Assembly (NCBI GenBank): GCA_964575955.1
Contig: CAZNTG010000006.1
Span: forward strand, 96,001 to 160,000
Direction: 5' to 3'
DNA from: an uncultured Thermoproteaceae archaeon
Lineage (GTDB): Archaea; Thermoproteota; Thermoprotei; Thermoproteales; Thermocladiaceae
DNA length: 64,000 nt
Part shown: positions 60,110-64,000 of the stretch, piece after piece
How positions within the stretch are numbered: the stretch's first letter is position 1
Layout: each line of letters begins with the position of its first letter
Translations under genes and position numbers: made by a program
Notes under the pieces: model-generated
What the model was told of the DNA's origin: nothing
The model's input: only the letters and a program-made list of their open reading frames with translations
The model's database searches: none

Positions 60110-60157
60110 ATGATGAAGGGCATACTGACAGAAAAATGAAGAGCCCTCAAGAACTGA
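60110..60157 (+). ncRNA. C/D-box sRNA
   Basis: ATGATGA, AGGGCATACTGA, CAGA, ATGAAGA, GCCCTCAAGAA, CTGA. The first guide is complementary to archaeal 16S UCAGUAUGCCC (recalled, not aligned). Confidence 0.85.
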
Positions 60158-60175
60158 GAGTAAAAATAGGCATAT

Positions 60176-61169
60176 TCAAATATTCATAATACCTGTTATC
60201 CTTTCTTCTAATTTTTTAAGAAAATTCTCTAATACTTCCTTCCTACCTCCTAAGATTTCAGGTGTTATAAATATGGTACTTTCCTGATTTCTTGCAAATT
60301 TTCTTATTATATCTATAAACATGTCAAGTATATCATCGGTAGGTATTTTATGTCTTTGCCAGTGAATATGTACGTCATGTAGTATTAATTTCTTCTCTAA
60401 TAACATTTCATATTTCTCGAAAATTTCTTCAGGTCTTTTAGAACTAGCATGCACTTCTTGCCATGGATCGATCGTTATACCAGCCTCAATATCTAATCCC
60501 TCTCTTTCAATCTCTCTCACTAGCGTGAAGATAGCATCCTCTAGATCTTCAATAAATGTAATAATTTGAGGTTTTTTCAATATGCTAGACCCTCTATTTT
60601 CAACAGTTACACGTATGTTTATAGTAGTATTAAGTTTTGTATATACATTTTTTAGAAATCTAGCCATACCCTTAGCCATATCTACTATATATCTTTTAGA
60701 ATTTGATAGAGTAAATCTATTTTCTAATCGTCCTACATATATAAAACCTGGGTGAAATTCTAACTCTATCTAACTCAACTTTAATAGAACTACTAATTCG
60801 TTTAACACATCTAACAATTGCATCAGCATATATATCTATAAGCTCATTCCAATTCCAAATCATGCACTGATACTCAGTGTGAAACAGTATGGCAATTCCA
60901 TCACGTACATTTGCTTCACTGCAAAACTTCCTAACTTCCTCTGACCTGTCAAACACTAAATTATCCAATCGTTCCTTAATACTCTCAAGATCACAAATAA
61001 CAACATTACTAGATCTAACCTGACACATGTCGTAAAATGCAAAAGGAAGAAATAAAGCTCTAAAACACCTAGCCCAACCCAGATAAATACGCCTAATATC
61101 ACGCCAACTTGCATGCGGAAAGAGAGGCACTGCTAAAGCAAGACGAGAAACCACAAGAATAAACTGCAA
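60176..61169 (-). pseudogene. Frameshifted xylose-isomerase-like / AP-endonuclease-2 TIM barrel gene
   Basis: ORFs 60717-61169 and 60176-60679 join across a frameshift near 60760-60775. The downstream frame extends upstream as IELEFHPG, then VEN, TIDP, HIH, PE family motifs. Confidence 0.6.
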
Positions 61170-61210
61170 AATCTCCTTAATTACATTACAACCCCAAGCT
61201 GAGATGTGTT

Positions 61211-61289
61211 TGGTGCGGCCGCCGGGATTTGAACCCGGGTTCAGCGGCTCGGAAGGCCGCCATCCTAGACCAGGCTAGACTACGGCCGC
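61211..61289 (-). tRNA. tRNA-Gly(TCC), CCA encoded, no intron
   Basis: GCGGCCGTAGTCTAGCCTGGTCTAGGATGGCGGCCTTCCGAGCCGCTGAACCCGGGTTCAAATCCCGGCGGCCGCACCA folds as a cloverleaf. Confidence 0.96.
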
Positions 61290-61351
61290 CTTCATGCTAG
61301 TTATGTGTATAGATTTTTAAGAGTTTCTCTATTTCTTCTTATCGTATCTTC

Positions 61352-62722
61352 ATGTTACGTAATTTGAAGGCTGTATCTATAGTTTTAGAGAGAGGTAGAT
61401 GTAGTTGGGGTCGTTGTTATTTCTGTGGTTGGGGTAGGAGATTTGTAAATTCTAGTGTTGAAGAGTTGAAAGTTAGATTCTTAAAGTTTGTAGATAATGT
61501 TAATACTTCTGAATTTCCTGTTTTGAAAATATTTTGTTCAGGTAGTTTTTTAGATACAGATCAATTTCCTAGAGACTTTGTCTATTGGTGTATTGAGAAT
61601 GCAGAAAGGAGAGGTTTTAAGCATGTTGTAATTGAGTCAAGACCTGAATATGTAAGTGAGGAAATTTTAGAAGCCTTTACAAGTTATAGAGTGAAAATTC
61701 ACATAGCTATCGGTCTCGAATTAGCAGACGATAATATACTACTAAACTACTATAATAAAGGTTTTAAAGTTGAAAATTATATTAAAGCTGTTGAAAATAT
61801 TCATAAATATGGACATTACGTTAGAACTTACATACTCGTTAATGGTCATCCAATCCTCTACAACAATCCCATATATCACAAGCAGGTTTTTGAGAAAACT
61901 ATGAAACTTGTAGAAGAATATTCTGACAGTATTGTTATTATTAACGCATATCCTCACTCACTATCAAAATTATTTAAAGATTGGATAATTATGAGATGGA
62001 GACCTCTAAGTTATGAAGAATTTTTAAATATTGTAGATACATGGATTTACAGTGATAAAGTTGAGATAGATTTTAATAACTTTAATTTTATCCCAAGGTT
62101 TCCAAAAGATATGAAATTATTCATAAGGGGTGTAGGTTGTGATATATTAAAACATCCATATTTTGAGGTTTGGCAAGACTATATTCAAAGATTCTACATA
62201 CCACCTTCAGGGAAAGAGTATCTACTCTTCATACCGTGTACTTATAGAAAGCCATATTCGAAATCTAAGACACATAGAATATTACTAAGAGAGTTGTCTA
62301 AATATGAATGGTTTAAGAAAATTCATGTTGTTGTTGTTAGTACTCCAGGTGTGATACCATACGAATATCATACATATTATCCCTTTACACATTATGATTG
62401 GCCTGAATGGGAAGAGACTGAGGATGTTAAGAGGTGTTATATTGATATTACATATGATAGAGTTAAAAAGTTTCTCATGAGAGTTAGAAACTTCTATAAA
62501 CTATTCTTCACATATTTCCATTATGAATCTGAGACTCTTCAAGCGATACTTAAAGCATTTAGAGATTTAGGAATTGAGGATAGGCTAATAAATGTCCTAG
62601 ACCTGGATACCTACAGTAAGATTAAGAGTGAGATTGGTAAAGATAGGATTGGTAGTTCAATTATAAGACATCCATTAGCTATTAAGAAGTTGATAGATGT
62701 TCTAAGTAGGTATGTGACTTAG
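61352..62722 (+). CDS. Fusion of archaeosine radical SAM enzyme RaSEA and the ArcS catalytic (DUF5591-like) domain
   Basis: N-terminal GRCSWGRCYFCG, KIFCSGSFLD, ESRPEYV, AIGLE; C-terminal PCTYRKPYSKSKTH, an exact match to the ArcS motif PCx3KPYx2Sx2H, then STPGVIPYE..YP..HYD. Confidence 0.82.
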   Translation: MLRNLKAVSIVLERGRCSWGRCYFCGWGRRFVNSSVEELKVRFLKFVDNVNTSEFPVLKIFCSGSFLDTDQFPRDFVYWCIENAERRGFKHVVIESRPEYVSEEILEAFTSYRVKIHIAIGLELADDNILLNYYNKGFKVENYIKAVENIHKYGHYVRTYILVNGHPILYNNPIYHKQVFEKTMKLVEEYSDSIVIINAYPHSLSKLFKDWIIMRWRPLSYEEFLNIVDTWIYSDKVEIDFNNFNFIPRFPKDMKLFIRGVGCDILKHPYFEVWQDYIQRFYIPPSGKEYLLFIPCTYRKPYSKSKTHRILLRELSKYEWFKKIHVVVVSTPGVIPYEYHTYYPFTHYDWPEWEETEDVKRCYIDITYDRVKKFLMRVRNFYKLFFTYFHYESETLQAILKAFRDLGIEDRLINVLDLDTYSKIKSEIGKDRIGSSIIRHPLAIKKLIDVLSRYVT

Positions 62723-63087
62723 ATACTCATCTTCTCAATCCTATCTAATAATAAATCCTTCAACTTCTTAATTAAGTTAAAAGCCCTATTGTAAGGTGTA
62801 ACACCTTTCTCAAGATCTCTAATAATATCATCAATATCTGTAAGATATTCTAAAGTAATGTCATATTTAGCAAGTATATTACGAATTCTCTTAAGATCTA
62901 GAAGAGTCATATCATAATTTTGATAGAGATCATGTCTATAACATACATAGCTCAATATCGTTATAACATCTATAATATCAGAGACAAACTGCTTAAGCAA
63001 TATAATATCCTCACTCATCAAATAGCAACAATCAACAGGAACTAAAAACATCTCTCCAATAAAGATAGAAAGATTGAAATAAGACAA
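62719..63087 (-). CDS. Hypothetical protein
   Basis: ORF convergent with the fusion gene; start probably near 63051. Confidence 0.5.
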   Translation of the reverse strand: MSYFNLSIFIGEMFLVPVDCCYLMSEDIILLKQFVSDIIDVITILSYVCYRHDLYQNYDMTLLDLKRIRNILAKYDITLEYLTDIDDIIRDLEKGVTPYNRAFNLIKKLKDLLLDRIEKMSI

Positions 63088-63127
63088 ACTTTAAATACAC
63101 TACAAAACTTTAACTAAAACGAATATA

Positions 63128-63206
63128 GCGGCCGTAGTCTAGCCTGGTCTAGGATGGCGGCCTGCCGAGCCGCTGAACCCGGGTTCAAATCCCGGCGGCC
63201 GCACCA
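63128..63206 (+). tRNA. tRNA-Gly(GCC), CCA encoded, no intron
   Basis: Same body as the 61211-61289 tRNA, with anticodon loop CT-GCC-GA. Confidence 0.96.
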
Positions 63207-63246
63207 AAGAAATCCCTTAAAAGCTGTTTAACTTTGAAATCATCAT

Positions 63247-64000
63247 ATGAGCACTCTTAAGGTATTCGCATTAGTAGGAAGCCCAAGGCGAGGTAATACT
63301 TGGAGGCTTGTAGAGTTATTTTGTACAATTCTTACAAGGTTTGCAGGTAGTTTAGACTATATTATCAAGAGAGTCGATGATTTTCATATTGATTTTTGTG
63401 ATGGATGTCAAAGATGCATTATTGAAGCCTCGAAATGTCATATAGAGGATGATCTTGATTTAGTGAAAGGCTATATTGAGAAATCTGACCTCTTTATCTT
63501 GGCATCGCCAGTATATTTACATAACGTCTCTGCACAGCTTAAGAAGTTTCTGGATAGAACAGCTTCTTGGTGTCATAGACCACCATTCCTTGGGAAGTAT
63601 AGTGTTGTAGTTGCTACGACAGCTGGTTCGGGTCTGCTTGAAGTTTTGAAATTCCTAAGAGGTATAGTGACATCATGGGGAATGATATGCTTAGCAGAGA
63701 TTGGAGCAATAATGCCTACTGACGAGTTTTTAGACAAGGAGAAAGTTGAGACCATGTTAGAAAATGTAGCAATACGTATAATCAGGATAGTTAGACGTGA
63801 AGCTAAGCCAAGAATTACTGCCGAAGACATAGTAAACTTTAAACATTGGAAGTTCAAAATATTGGAAGCCTCCCAATATCTACCTCACGACTATGAATAT
63901 TGGCGTACTAATAAACTACTGGATAGAGAATACTACTATGTAGAGGATATAGTGGAGATACCTCATGAAGAGATAGAAAAAGCTAAGAGAATAGAAAGTC
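63247..64000 (+). CDS. Flavodoxin-like iron-sulfur flavoprotein / NADPH-dependent FMN reductase; runs off the window
   Basis: Not in the ORF track. MSTLKVFALVGSPRRGNT...CDGCQRC.....C..EDD...SD..ILASPVY...VSAQLKKFLDR...GKY. Confidence 0.85.
   Translation, partial: MSTLKVFALVGSPRRGNTWRLVELFCTILTRFAGSLDYIIKRVDDFHIDFCDGCQRCIIEASKCHIEDDLDLVKGYIEKSDLFILASPVYLHNVSAQLKKFLDRTASWCHRPPFLGKYSVVVATTAGSGLLEVLKFLRGIVTSWGMICLAEIGAIMPTDEFLDKEKVETMLENVAIRIIRIVRREAKPRITAEDIVNFKHWKFKILEASQYLPHDYEYWRTNKLLDREYYYVEDIVEIPHEEIEKAKRIES

Noticed and set aside
61211-63206. tRNA pair as attL/attR of an integrated element
   Set aside because: The copies are inverted rather than direct, both are full length with different anticodons, and there is no integrase between them.
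63573-63857. 94-aa minus-strand ORF
   Set aside because: It is the antisense shadow of the flavoprotein gene starting at 63247.

Overview
This is an AT-rich archaeal chromosome segment. It most likely comes from a thermophilic crenarchaeon (Thermoproteales-like; this assignment is inferred from EgsA, the exosome Rrp41/42, Rpl12, a giant S-layer-type protein, GC-rich CCA-encoding tRNAs and short double-guide C/D sRNAs). Main content: (1) a methanofuran/H4MPT C1 operon (aminotransferase-fwdC-mch-DHPS-like-cobY-like) and an F420 operon (cofD-cofG-cofE-like); (2) housekeeping genes (argS, alaS, leuC/leuB-family, panB, thrB, tmcA, queD, egsA); (3) a 2427-aa surface protein near a ~12-kb glycan cluster, which includes an unexplained PAPS-reductase-like/AlkP/nucleotidyltransferase-kinase module and paralogs sharing exact DNA patches; (4) four C/D-box sRNAs absent from the ORF track; (5) two near-identical tRNA-Gly genes in inverted orientation flanking a single-polypeptide RaSEA-ArcS archaeosine enzyme fusion. 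I also found a frameshifted TIM-barrel gene and several micro-ORFs. I saw no CRISPR array, transposase or integrase. All calls come from motif recognition by eye; no database searches were run.
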